DNA of 56,565 nucleotides from Prorocentrum cordatum (GCA_963575745.1 CAUYUJ010000085.1:62001-118565), one strand, 5' to 3'; numbered from the stretch's first letter, positions 22,011 through 34,850 are shown. Translations and numbers: made by a program. Notes: a model not told the origin generated them from the sequence alone.

Positions 22011-24212
22011 TGGCCCCCAGTAGCTGCCCATCCAAAGACGACTGCTGAATATGCTGAGGCTCGGGCTAGACTCGGGTGCTACGTATGTGTTGGGAGGGCG
22101 GGTGGGAGTGTGCGAGACGGCTTGCGGGCGGGGAGGGAGCCTTGACCCCTCCCCCACCCCCACCCCTGGACCTGGACGAGGCCGGTCGCGAGGTGTCCGA
22201 AGGTACTTGTTCGCCCAAAACGGCCCCAAGAGGGCCTCAGAGAGCCCACGATGGCGTCCAAGATCGCTCAAGATAGCGCGAGATGCCTCGAGATGGCCCC
22301 CAAGATGCTCCAAGACGCCCCAAGACTGCTCCAAGACGGCTCTAAGTTGCCAAAAGAGCTCCCCAATGATGCCCCCAAGATGCCAAAGCCTTCCAAATTG
22401 AGATAATCAGTGTGTTTGGGTTTCTCGCCTTTTCGCTTCCGATGGCCATTCGAAGCAGATAGCTCCAAGATGGCCCAAGAAAGCTCGAAGAGGGGCCCAA
22501 GGGAACCCAAGAGGGCTCCCGAGGGGAGAGGCTGATGAAGGGAGCCACATTATTTGAGCGTTGTCGCTTCCGATGGCCATCCGAGGCCTCAAGATGGTTC
22601 CCAGATGGCCCAAGAGGGCTCCAAGAGCGCTCCTAAGGCTCCCAAGAGCGCTTCATGAGGGCCCGAGGGGGCGCCCAGGAGCCCCAGGAGGCCCCAACAG
22701 GCGTCCAAGAGGCGTCCAAGAGGCTCCCAAGAGACCCCCAAGAAACCCCAAGAAACCCTGCGAGGCAACGGAAACGTTCCAAGAGGCGCCCGGGACCACC
22801 AAGAGGCCCCCAAGACGCTCCAGCAGGCCTCCACTGGGGGACCCTTCCTCTGTGTGCTGCCCACATCCCTGATCGAGGCAAATCCTCTGAGCATCGTTTC
22901 TGGATGGGCTGGTAGGGTTACTTTTGTGTTGCCAGCCGCAGGCGAGCGCGCCGACGGCGTGTCAAGGTCCGGGCGGGCCGCGCGAGGTCCTAAATTACCT
23001 AGCAGGAGCAGGCCTACCGCCGCAACTCAGGCCGAGACCAGGAAGGGGCCGAGGGGGTGGGGGGCAGTGGGCTGCAGGTTGCCACTGGCCTCAAACGTGC
23101 ACCGTGCTGGAAACGCGCTGCTGACTGCCAGGGGCTGCTGACTGCCAGGGGCTGCAGGCTGCCGTATGTGAGTTGAACTGCAAGGACTGGACAACCTCTG
23201 CAACTGAGAGGCTGCCAGGGTGGCCCGAACCGTAAGGCCTGACCCACCAAGTAAACGAACTGAGTGCGCGTGAATTGACCAACCGAAGTTGGAGCGCAGC
23301 CAAAATGGCGCGCAGTAGCACCAAGATGTGACCAGGGTGACGGCAGACAGGTGTACGGACTGCCCAAGATGCCCACAGTGGTCCAGCAGCAGGGCTGGTG
23401 GGGTTACTTTTTTTGATTAGCGGCCCGCAAGGAAAAGTCCACAGGGCGGGGTCACCGAGGCTGGGGCACAGCGCAAGATAATTAGCGCGAGAACGCGCGG
23501 ACCATGCAAAACCACTGGGCCGATGCCAGCGGGGGAGAAGCTGCCACAGGTGGACAACCGAAGATTATTTGCAAAATCACTGGGCAGATGCCAGCGGGGG
23601 AGAAGCTGCCACCGGTGGACAACAAAAGAACACAAGCCAGACCCGCAGGTGGGGAAACCTGGCCGGTGACCGGAAGAAAGAGCGCGAAACGGCAGGCGGC
23701 CACAAAGGGCGCGGCAGACAGGGGGGGGGGGAGGAAAGGAGAACAGGAGGCCTATAGCGCTGCGAACTCAATCACGTTGCACCCAGTGCGCAGACGCCAT
23801 CGAGCATGGCGATCACTCCCGACATCAACAATGGGGGGAAGCCACTTGGCACACAGCTAGACTTCCACTGGTGAAGCACGAGGAAGGGCCTTCCAATAGC
23901 CTCTGCACCACGGCCCGCACTCACACGGGCAGATGCCTGGGTGGGGTTATTTCAGCCGACCGCAGGCGCAGGAACCCACAAGGTGCCGCGGGAACCAATG
24001 CGCAGTGACGTGCCCCTCGAACCCAAGAGGTGGCACGAATCAGTGGCCAGAGCCATCCACTGCGTCAGGGACCGATGGGGCGATGCCTACGGCAAAACGG
24101 CCGGGTCCCCCGCGGGCCGGCAACGCGGCCAAGACCTTGGGGGGATAAACTCAGTCGACCACACGGGCTACAGCCCACGATGGCTGGTGGGGTTACGCGA
24201 AGCGTCTAGAAT

Positions 24213-24745
24213 TGAGCCACAGTTGCGCCCCCGAGGCAACGATCCTTCTTAAAATCATGCAGCAGTCGCGTCCCCGAGGCCAGCAACCCTCGCAAAGTAT
24301 GCGGCTCTTGCGCCGCCAGGGCAACAATTTCGCAAATTACTCGCTATTCGCGTCCCCGAGGCCTTTCACCCTTACAAATTGCGCAATTCTTGCGCCCCCG
24401 AGGCAAGACATCTTCTTCAATTACTCAAGTCGTGCGTCCCCGAGGGGACAAACCCTTGTAAATTATACCAGGTTCGCGTCCCCGAAGCCAGAATCCTGAG
24501 CAAATTCCCAACATTCGCGCCCACGAGGCCACAAACCCTCGCAAAGTGCTAGATAGTCGCGTCCCCGAAGCCAGAACCCCGTCGTATGTTACTCAATGTT
24601 CGCGCCCCCGAGGCCACAAACCCTAGCAAAGTGCTCAATGCTTGCGTCCCCGAGGCAACAAACTCTCACGAACTATGCAAGCAAGATGCGCGTCCACGTG
24701 GCCATAAACCTTCGCAAATTCGGAAATGTTCGCATTGCCGAGGCC
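24213..24745. repeat. ~42 bp degenerate tandem array, right part
   Basis: About 12 units of cgcgtccccgaggc...aaccct.gcaaa. Confidence 0.85.
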
Positions 24746-26369
24746 AAGAATGTTCCAAGGCGCCCGAAGATGATTCCAAGACAGCCCAAAAGGGCCCGAA
24801 GCGGCCCCAAGACCGCCACAAGAGGCCTCCTGGGAGAGCCCCAGGAGGCCAACATCGTCGATATTACATACTGTGTTTGAAGGAGTGTGGGGTTCTCGCA
24901 TGTTCGGCTTCCCGACGCTCGAAGATGGCTTAAGAAGCTTCCAAGACAGCCGAAGACGCTTCCAAGAGGGCCCCAAGACGGCCCAAGATGGCTCCAAGAT
25001 GGCCCAAGAAGCGTTCAGAGAAGCCCCGAGAAGCCCCCAGGAGGCCCCAAGAGGCCCCAAGAAGCGCCCAAGACGCGCCAAAGTGGCCTCAAGAGCTCCC
25101 TCTCAACCTCTTCCTCCGCCTCCTCCTGATCTTCCCCGCCATCCTCCCCCAAATGTTCCCTGAAGGGTTTCCACAACGGCTGGGGGAACACATGGTCCGA
25201 TAGCTTGGGCTCTTGCCACAATGCTCGGCCACATGGGCGATTCTAGAAGGCAAGGGGCGGCGGTGATTCGCAGTAGGCATCTTCGATCTGCCGCCCACTG
25301 TTGATTCATCACAGGGATGCCTGGCGTGCTGGATCCTTTCGGTTTTGGTTTTGGTACTATTTCCACAAGCACTCTCCCCTGGGGTTCCGGCCCAGCCCGC
25401 TGGCCACCCGGAAGGACCTAAAAGGGATCGCAAGACCGGGTTGCAAAGGGCTTTCTTCTCCATGCGGTTCCGAGATGGCCCACGATGGGCTCCAAGACGG
25501 CTACGATGGCCCTCGAGTTTGTCAAGATGGTCCAAGATGACCTCCAAGACGCCCCGACAAGGCTCACGTTGCCTCCAAGTCCGCCCAAGAAGCTTCGAAA
25601 ACGGTCCAAGCGGGCCCAAAGAGGCCCCCCAAGAGGCCCCCAAGACGGCCCAAGAGGCCTCCAAGAGGGCCTCCAGGAAGGCCCGAAGAGGCCAAGTTCA
25701 TTGATTGCCCTTAGGTCTCAGGTGCTTAAAGGATGTTGGCATTTGCTCTTGTTAGGCGTGCCGACGGCCCGAGACGGCCCAAGAGCTCCAAAAGATCGCC
25801 CCAAGATCGCCCAAGAGGCCTCCAAGACGGCCCCAGAACGGCCTCAGAGGCCCAAGACCGCCCCAGGAGGGCTCCAAGACGGACCGAGAGGCCTGGCCTC
25901 CAAGACGGCCCTGAAGCGCCCCAAGCGGGCCCCCAGTCTGCCCGGAGAGGCCCCCAAGTCCGACGGCGCCAGACGGGCCAGGAGCCAACCAGACCGGCCC
26001 AAGATGGCTCTAAGATGGCCCAAGACGGCCCAAGAGGTGCCCAAGAGGCCTCCAAGTCGGCACAAGAGGCCTCCGAGAGGTCCTCCAGGAGGCCCCGAAG
26101 AGGCCAACATCACTGATGCCCCCCAGGTTGTTGAAGGATTGTGGCAATTGCTCTCGCTATGCCTTCCGACGGCCCAAGAGGGCCCAAGAGGCCACCAACA
26201 TCGCCCCAGAGCGCCCAAGAGGCCCCCAAGATGGCCCCAGAACGGCCCATGTTGCCCCCAAGACGGCCCCAAGAGGGCCCAAAGACGGCCCAAGTGGCCT
26301 CCAACACGCCCAAGAAAGTCCCCAAGACGGCCCTGGAGCATTCCAAAAGGGCTCCTAGTCGACACAGAC

Positions 26370-26469
26370 TGCTATGGCCCCGCTAGACCCACTGCCCTGA
26401 GATCTGCTCTCCTCCCCTCTATATCTCTATTGTTCTCTCTCTCTCTCGTTCTCTCTTTCTTTTTTTCTT

Positions 26470-26505
<36 letters not shown>

Positions 26506-26960
26506 CTCTCTCGAAATGGCAACGCGTTGGTATCACTGATGCTGGTGGCAAGCGCGAGGGTGCTCGCGCGATTGTGATGAAAGGGAGCTGTTACGGTTGC
26601 GGGCCAGCTTGCAATCCTGCGCCTCGCAGGCGCACGCCAGGAGTCCAGCGACAGTGCGTCGCTGCAAAGGCTTGCGCCAAGTGCCAAGACGTGTTCGGTA
26701 GCAACGTCTTGGGAAAACTTGAAAATACATGATGAGACCCTGGGGCCTGAGGGCTCTACGAGGGCTCTTGGGGATACCACTCAGCATGGCTAGGCTGCAA
26801 ACGAAGTTTGGAACACGATGCCCCGTGAAACGCGGATATGTGTAAACGGGGGCGCCCAGTGAGCCCAGACATGCACGCAGGTGAAAGCTCACACTCGGCC
26901 TCCAGAGGCCATCTGCCGCAAGAAGGCTCTAGTCAGGCAGGCTCCGGGCTGCGAGTTACA
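26370..26960 (-). repeat. 3' LTR
   Basis: Colinear homology with 34914-35458 (ccactgccctgagat, gctgttacggttgcgggccagct, gtgaaacgcggatat, aggctctagtcaggcaggctc). Confidence 0.88.
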
Positions 26961-27995
26961 TGCCCAAACATAGGAATCGATGTTGCGACATCGAGGCGCG
27001 CCGCTGACCCCTGCATTCACTGAAAGCACAAAGCGGGGGCGCGGTCTTACCGAACCCCGCAAGGCCACGTGTCCGGCAGGGCACAACTGCTCGCAGGGAT
27101 TGTCGCGGGCGAAGTAGACGAAGACCTCCAGCATCGCATCTCCGTCATCATCGGACACGGGTTTGCCATGGTCGAGCTTGTCCATGCCTGCGGTCTGGCA
27201 TTTCCTGGCACTGCGTTGGAAAGGATCACCCACCAATCTCCAGCGCTGCCCTGCTCTGAAAAAACTTGGTCCAACCGTCGGCTAGCACAGCGTAGTTGCT
27301 GTGGACCCACCGCATATGGAGGGCCGTCAGCTCCAATTGCTGTCGGATGTCAAGACACTCGATCTTCGTTGTTTCATCGCGCAGCCCAAGGCCAGCCGAC
27401 TCACACTTCTCGATCGCGCAATAGCCCGATGTCCCGCTTCAGGCTGAGATGGCATCGTTTTCGCGCTGCTCGGAAGTCCACTGGGCCGCACACTAGCTTG
27501 CGTATGCAAAACCGCGGGTTGCTGATCTCGTCCAAAGTCCCAGTCATCATCTGGACCTCCGAAATCGCACTGCTTCTGGCCACGCGAAGCAACTTGCAGG
27601 ATCTGTATGAAATAGGCGCCGCAGTCTCCGCCGAACCGCTGAGTAAGGACAACGGGGCCAGAACGGTTGTCCGCCTTGGGACTCGCCGGTCGCTCTCACA
27701 GCCCAGGCCGCGTCACCCCAGCCAACCGCGGCGATCTGGTCGACGGCCGGAATGAGCGCGACCACGTCGGCAGTGTTGCGCATGGTGCAGATCAGCGCGT
27801 TAATCGTCTGGATGGTTGAGACCGCGGCCGTCGGAGTCCTGGCATGGAGCAAAGATACTTATGCACTGAACCACGGGGCCGACTGCTGCGCGCGCCATCC
27901 GAGTGCACCAAGTCGGCCTCGCAGGCCCGATCGCTCCTTACCCGAACCCCCCCCCGTAGGTCTTCGGCCACGTCGTACCTTGTTGGGTTCCACGT

Positions 27996-28640
27996 TCAGG
28001 CTGTAGTTGTCCTGAGCGGGGCTGCAACTGAAATCGTCAGACTGTCGGATACTGATGCCGCGCTGGACGAAGGCGCGGCTCTCCCAGGGCGTCCACTCTT
28101 CTGGATATCCTTACGCTTCTCGAGGGAGGCCAGGCTCGTCTGGTCAGCAGCGATCATCATATCATCGACGCGTAGGATTACCATGCCAACCAGCTTGTCA
28201 ACGTCGCAGAAAACCCAGAAGCAGGGCTCGCACTGAGCAGCCTCCAGCTCGAGCTTCTTGAGCGCGTCTTGGAAGTGGAGCCACCACTTGCGAAGAGCGT
28301 GTAAGAATCCGCACACTGGCTTGAACAACTGCAAGGCCCGGTAGTCGTCCACGCCGAATGCCTGGCGGACATATCCCGGAGGGGCCGCGTAGAGATTACT
28401 CTTCTCCTTGTCGGCCTCCCCCTGGAGGAAGGCCGTCACTGCGTCTGCTTTCTCCAGCTTCCACTTGCGTCAGGCTGCCATGGCCAATAGAAAATGACGC
28501 GCCCGTCGCGAAGCGACGGGGGGCTCCGTCTGGAGGCGGAGCAAGCCGGGGTCGATGAAGCCGAGCATGACCAGTCTAGCCGCGCCTCGGAGAACGCCGC
28601 CTTGCCCCAAGCCGAGCCTCGTTCCAAGTCGAGCCTTGGC
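27996..28640 (-). pseudogene. Copia reverse transcriptase fragments
   Basis: ARLVMLGFIDP, TAFLQG, L.KPVCG, EPCFW, ILRVDDMM. Confidence 0.88.
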
Positions 28641-29859
28641 CCAGCAAGCCGGGGTCGACGAAGTCGAGCCGTGTTCCAGGTCGGCACGAAGCGGCAGCGA
28701 AGGAGGAGCGCTCCTGCTGAGCCTCGAGTAGCAGCTTCTTCTCCTCTGCGGTCGCCTTCTGGATGGAGACCCCCACTCGGCCCTCGCGGGCCTCAGATGC
28801 CACGAAGTTGCTGGGGTCGCACATGTACGCCATGAGCGCGTGCTCGCATTTGAAGGGGATGTCCAGAACGATGAGCTCATTATCCTCCTTGGCCTCATCG
28901 CACTACTGGGCGCTGTAAGCGCGCGCGTAGTCCCCGTAGAAATCTCCCTCCTGCAAGAAGTACAAGAAAGCCACCAGGGTGGTAGCGTCGACCAGTTGCG
29001 TCCTGACAGGTGGCCCTGGCGACCCCGGGGCTTGCCGATGACGCTTGTTGTTGGCATCAGGCGCCGTCGCCTCTTTCAGGTCCTCCTCGTCCGTGTCCAC
29101 GGTAATACGGCGCCGGGAAGCGTGACCCCCCTGGTCGTCTATTGGAGGGGCCTCCACGATGATCTCTTCTTCAGGCACTCCAGCTTTTTCGCCGGGCTGA
29201 CGAAGGCCCGGTGGAACCTCTGGCGTTGCTGGATGGATAACAAGGTCTGGATCCGCGCTCGCGGCGAGCCAAGGGCTTCCCTTACGTCGCACCCTCCTAG
29301 GCAGTTTCGGCCCGAATATAAGAAGTCCTTCGAGTCCAGTAGTGGCCGAAGGCAAGCTGCCACCTCCGCCACCTCCTGGCCCAAGGCGCTGAGGTTCTCC
29401 CGGGGGGGGGGCCGTAGATCGTTGTCCTCGTCGATTGCCCAAGGCCCGCTCGGATTGCCCGCGAGGGCGCGGGCGCTGACCGACTCGCCGTCGCCCGTTG
29501 CAAGGTCCTCGCCTGTCGGCGGGGGCCCGTTGGACAGGTCAATCATCTCGTTGGCGTCGAGATGCTTCTGGACCTCTCCAAAGGCCCATGTCCCAGGATG
29601 CTCGCGGCGCGAGCGCAGGGGATCCATCGCCTCCTCCGACGGGGTGGCCGGTCGAAGCTGCTCTGGAGCCACCAGGTAGGAGGCGACCAGCCAACGCGAT
29701 GTTGACCAAGGCCCCTGGCAGGCCAGGTCGATATCCAGAGCTCGCAGGCTCGCGACTCAGAACTGGCCCAGGGCCGCACCAGTGACATCGCCCCAATATG
29801 GAGCGAGACTGCCCTTTCTTCCGCCGGGCTCCTGGTGGGAGCCGCCTGCGCACGAAGAC

Positions 29860-30740
29860 CAGGTCACCAGTCTCGTACTTTCTGAAGGACCTGGACCTGG
29901 GCGCCTCGGCTCGCTCGTCGCGGTCCGAAAAATTCCGCCTGGATGTGTGCCAGTCTCGACAGTCGTCGTACTTGAGCGTCTCTGCTGAAGGTGCCGTCCA
30001 ACAGTTCGGTGCTGACGAGAGGCAGGTTGCGCGGCTCGTCGGACAAGTTGACGGCGGTGCCCGTCGGCGTCCGACCCGCGCACCGTTGAAGCGGGCTGAA
30101 ACCGTCGATCCGGATCAGGTCGTTCCTCGCCGCGATCTCGCCAGTCGGCACCTTGGCAGAGACCGTCTCAGCCAAGGCGTCGAGTGCCTCCTTGAAAGCC
30201 TCGGTCGCGCGCTCGATCTTGCCGATCCGCCAGCGGGCGTCGGCGGCTAAGGAGAGGCAGTAGTTGCCCAGACCCTCGGCCCACTCCCGGGTCGCGGCGC
30301 ATGGCCTTTGGGCGCCCCATCCAGGGGAAGCCACTTTTTAGCGAAGATATGTCGGGGGTCTCCTGCGCGCACTTGTCGAGTCTGTCCTGGAGCCCCCCTC
30401 TCGTCGATCAGCCTCGCGTAGAGGATGCCGGAGCCAGCGCCAAGGACCGACAGCGCCATCGCGCTCGCGTTCGTACCGCGTCGGGTCCACGAGATGGCCT
30501 CGACGAGCACTTCGTGACCGTTCTGGGGCTGCTCGACCGATGACGCAGGGGGCCGCGTCGTTGGTCGGTGAGCATCGTAGATGCCGCACTTAAAGTTCAG
30601 GGCCAACAGCAGCACCTTTGGTCTAGCGCCTCGATCTCGACGGTATCGAAGTAGGTGAGCCCGAGGTAGGTGTCCATGGTTGGCATGGATCAACCTGACG
30701 TCGCTCCCGAGCTTATGGATCGTCTCGTTGGCGAGGTCGT
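29860..30740 (-). pseudogene. Integrase fragments (HHCC zinc-binding region and core)
   Basis: VRLIHANHGH...LLRY..DRGA..V...A.NFKC; WRIGKIER. Confidence 0.75.
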
Positions 30741-30840
30741 GGATGCCTCTGCCGTCCTTCCGTCGTCGATCGGCAGGCGGCTGCCGCGTGGCAGCCAGGC
30801 AGTGGCAGCGCACAACCTCATCCTCGAAGTAGTTGGGGTT

Positions 30841-31420
30841 CTAGCTCTTCGTCAGAGCTCTGAGGGTCTTGCAGCGCAGCGTCTTAGGGTAGTTTCCCGG
30901 CGCATCCTTGCGCGGGCTGCTCTCGATCTCCTTGTGATAATGGTCTCCGCGGCACTGCGCGGGCTGGAGAGTAATCCAGATCCCCTTGTCCTTCGTCTGG
31001 AACTTCCAGCGCTTCCTCATGAGCCCCCCAGCATTTGGAGCTCCGAGTCCACGCGAGAAGCCGTCAACAATGACCTTGGATGGGAGTGCGCTGTGAAGAC
31101 CCTTCCAGCAGGTCCTCTGCCGCGAACGGTCGTCGTGGGAGTGCTCTGCGAGGGCCAAGCCGCGCGCGTTTAGAGCCCGATGTTCGCGTGCCATTACTTA
31201 AGATCACGTGGCGCTTAGCCCTCTTCTTGCGAAGGTAGCTATCCTGCTGCTCGTTGCGCTGGTTGACGTGCTGCGTAATCGACCAAGGCCCGTCCGCAGG
31301 GTGGAGCGCTGACGCAGATCTCTGGGCGCTTCTCGCCAAGTAGGAACTTCGCCTTGCGATCGCTCGCAACGGTAGCCTTTCTTGTTGCACACCTGGCCAA
31401 GGTTCGAGCCCAGGTGGGCG
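30841..31420 (-). pseudogene. Degenerate C5-MTase-like domain inside Copia pol
   Basis: VDG..RGL.AP..GGLMRKRWKFQT, CRGDHYHKEIE, GNYPKTL resemble the C-terminal half of the MTase-like domain at 6590-7021; catalytic motifs eroded. Confidence 0.55.
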
Positions 31421-33289
31421 CGGGCCTCCACCGCCGCCAAGCGGCCGGAAGACGCGAGGGAGCACATGGCCCCGAACAGAGCCGATCTTGTCGAGCGGGC
31501 AGCTGCCCAGATAGCCCGACGCCGATGACCCGTCAAAGGGCGGCTGCCGTCGCCGAGCCAGCGCGTCCCCCTGCACCGCGCGTCGCCCAGGCCTCCTGAG
31601 TCGCGCGCGCTCGGCGGCGCCACCCGCGGGGCCTCACCTTCGCGATTGGCTCGCGCATTGCGACGCCCCCTCTGCAAGCAACGAGGACGCTGGCACTCCT
31701 GAGCGCAATGGGCCGCGATGGCCGGCTCCGCGACTGCGGAAGCCGCCTCCATCTCTTTGATCTCCACCCCCTTCTTGATCTTGATCGCCGGGGCCGCCGC
31801 CCCGCGCTGCTCGATTACGGGCGCGATGATGCGGTCGATCACCTCCTCCTTGTTCCCTGCATGGACCAGCCCCCAGCTCCTGCGCAGGGGCCTGAGGTGG
31901 TTGGGCATCGTGACGATGCTGCGCTGCTCGCGAATCTGCTCCGAGCTGAGCGCCGCCGACGCAGTCAGCTCCGCAACTTGGTCAAGAAATCTGACTTTGC
32001 GCTCTCGATGGCGTCGCGCAACTTCCTGTTCTGCTGGATCGGCGCGGCCGAGGCGGCCGACTCCTTTGCCTCCCGGCGCGACGGACTGCGAGTCTCGAGC
32101 TTCGCCTGATGTCCAAGCTCCGCCGGTCAGGTCGGGCACCGAGTGGGCAGCAGCTGCACCAGCAGGTCGACGCTGCCCAGCTTCCACTTCTCGAGATACA
32201 CTGTCTTCAAGAAGGTCTCTAGCATGAGTCGCGCCGGCGGCGCGTCGCCCTCGATAGCAGCTTCTCGCAGACCCACATCTCCCAGAAAGGTAGGTGCTCC
32301 AGTAAGAACATCTCCGACAGCCGCGTCATGTCCCTGCCCTGCTCTGGGCCCGCAGGTGGCAGCCCCCCCCGCGCCCGCGGCTCCATCTCCTCGTTGTCTC
32401 TCCACTTGCTGGCCCTCTGCTTTGAAGCATATCGTCTCGCGGTTGAGGCTCGCGCAGATATGGGAGATATGAAGACTGCTGAGAACTGAGCTCCTCGCTC
32501 GACTCGTTTGCGCCGAAACTGGCGATGGAACATGATGGCGCCGCGGCCCGGTGCTTGATCAGCGCGGGGACCTCGGGAACGACCTCAGGAGGTTGACCAG
32601 GCCATGGCCTTTAGCGGGCCGGAGTTGGTGACAATGATGCCTGGGGAGCAGGTGAAAATCATGTCGCCGCAGGCGCGGGTAATGATGACATGCCCGCGGG
32701 CGCGGGCAACGACGATGTCCCCGCAGCTGTAGGCGCTGACGATGCCCCTGTGGCTGCGGGCAACGATGTCCGGGGGCCTGGCGGGGCCCCAATTGCGGGG
32801 GTCTCATCTGGGAGCTCTTGGGGGGCATCGGCAGGAGCACCTGGGCGTTCGCTGTCAATCGGCTGCTTGTTCTCGCATTTTCCCTCCTGCACCGGAGCAG
32901 TCTCGGGCGTCGGGGGCGCGCGCCCCCAGCTGAGGATGGCCACGAAGCGGCAAGTCGGCATGCGATGCAAGTGGCTGCGCAGGGTGGCCGCTCGGAAGGG
33001 CGAGCAGCCGCGCTCGGCGCCCGAGCTTCTCGAAGTAAGCAGCGCGCGCCGTGCAGTCGATCGCGGCTCCCGGGCGGCTCGAGACACCACCCCAACTCAG
33101 CAGCGGAGCGTCGGCGCCCAGGATGTCGGTCTCGAGCTCGCCCTCCGCGCCGGCTATCTCCAGCGGAAAGGTGGCCTTGCCGTTGCAGGTCTCGGAGTTG
33201 ACGTCGCCGAAGATTTAAGGTTGACTTCTGGCCGACGATAATATTGACGTTCCTGCCTGTCTGCTCATAGACGGTGCCTGGCAGCTTCT

Positions 33290-33350
33290 CGGCGGCCTAT
33301 ATGCCCGCGATGCTGGAGGCAGCGCCGATGTCCAGAATGCCGGAGCCCTC
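33290..33350 (-). pseudogene. Aspartic protease active-site remnant
   Basis: Manual translation GSGILDIGAASSIAG (LD(T/S)GA-like). Confidence 0.65.
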
Positions 33351-34099
33351 GGAGCCAGACTGCTTCACGCCCGTGCGCATCCACTCTTCGCCCTGCTCCA
33401 AGGTCGCCCAGACGGGCGAGGTCACCAGACGATCAGAACGCGGATCCCGGTCGAGGTATCGTAGATCGCCTCGTCGCGCCCGGTCAGATGGGCCCCCATC
33501 TCCGCGCCTCGCTGAGCGCTGAAGAAGTCGAAGCTCGAGAAAGCCTTCTTCGGTCGATCTCGACCCCCTCGGCTGCCGGCGGATGAAACTCGGTCTCGGT
33601 GGTCTTTCGTATTACCTCCACATTTCAAGCGCAGGCCCTTCTATGCGGGACGCGAGCGGTCACTACTCTTGGAACTCGGTCGATCACGTCGCTGTCCGTC
33701 GACGCGCCCTCGCCCCGTGGAAAACCAAGAGCCTCGGGATGCCATTCGAGGTCCATGGGGCTTCTCGTCGCGCGGGCTGCGCATCCACTGGGAAGGAATT
33801 CCTCGCCGTCTTCACTCGACGAAGCAGGTCCCGAGCCTGCTCGAAGCTGCGCTGCTGAGCTGCGAAGGCGGTCTCGGCCTCCTCTATCGCTGGAGCAACG
33901 TAGAGGGGCTCCTCGGGATCTTTGGATCTTCCTCCGGCTGGGTATCGTAGGACGCGTTCGAATCGTCGTAGTAGCCATAGCCATGCTGAACTTCATCTTC
34001 GTCATCTTCCTGATCCCCGCCGGCCCGGACCCTGCCACGATCCGGGCGGCAGTGATCTTTGCCCTGGTTATTGTCGCGATTCGTCGAGTCGCCATCTGG

Positions 34100-34850
34100 C
34101 CAGGATACTCGAAACTGCTCCGATGCTCTCGCAGTCGAGGTTACCCTCCACAACACTGATCACTGCTGCACGCTCGGTCGGGGACAGTCTGGATCTTTGC
34201 AGCAGTAACCACCCACGGAGCTGGTCGATGGGGAACCGCCCGGTTAAAATCGGTTCCGAAATCGGCATGCTCCAGAATTTCCTGGAGCCCCGTCCTGATG
34301 AAGCTCCAGAGCTTGAGGTTCAGCTCTCTCGCTTTGTCGGCAGGAGTCCTCGGGGCCCTCGAGCAAGATCTCATGGAGGAATCAATGCATCTCTGTGTAG
34401 ACGTCGTTCCAATCCGTCGCCCGTTTGGCGAGACGCTGATGTCTCTGCTTCTCGAAATATTCGGTGGCAAATCCGTTGACCAAGTCGTGATAGGTTTCGT
34501 AATCGCGGCGGACAAAGGACGGCATAACAAGAGTCGCGTCGTAGATCGAATACCAATCTGGCCAAATACTTCCCAGCGTCCTGGATGGGCTGCGCTCCGA
34601 GCATTGCGCGGACGTGTCTGGGCAACTCAATGGCGCCATCGTCCTTCTAGATGCGGTCCCAATCAACGTGCATGGCGGCCTGTCTAGCTCGTCGCCCGAG
34701 TCGTCTCCAGAGTCTGTGGCCGAACACATTTCGTTTGTCACGCCTGGTCCCGCGGATAGAGGCCTTGGCGTCTCGCTCGTAATCGTTCACCTTGGTGAAG
34801 TCTCCGTTCCACTCCAATACAATGTCATCTCCAATGCTGCGTTTCGCCAT
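34100..34850 (-). pseudogene. gag remnant
   Basis: MAKRSIGDDIVLEWNGDF...; DQLRGWLLLQRSRLSPTERAAV; directly downstream of the PBS. Confidence 0.7.

Larger units (their letters stand above)
19645..24209 (+). mobile_element. Nested element with the same terminal design
   Basis: AAT flanks; CCCACCAGCC (19645-19654) / GGCTGGTGGG (24182-24191); ACGCGAAGCGT hairpin; removal restores an intact 42-bp unit. Confidence 0.72.

Noticed and set aside
19722..22334. Long Pro/Gly/Ala/Arg ORFs
   Set aside because: Products of minisatellite and (GGC)n repeats.
19644..24209. Canonical Helitron (TC...CTAG)
   Set aside because: CTAG is followed by A rather than T and sister elements lack CTRR; kept only as HUH-like.
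24213..24745. CRISPR-like regular repeats (also 19285-19640)
   Set aside because: Whole units are mutually similar and degenerate, there are no unique spacers or cas genes, and the context is eukaryotic.
25485..26732. 415-aa PK/PR-rich ORF
   Set aside because: Translation of the CCAAGA-rich repeat running into an LTR; no domain motifs.
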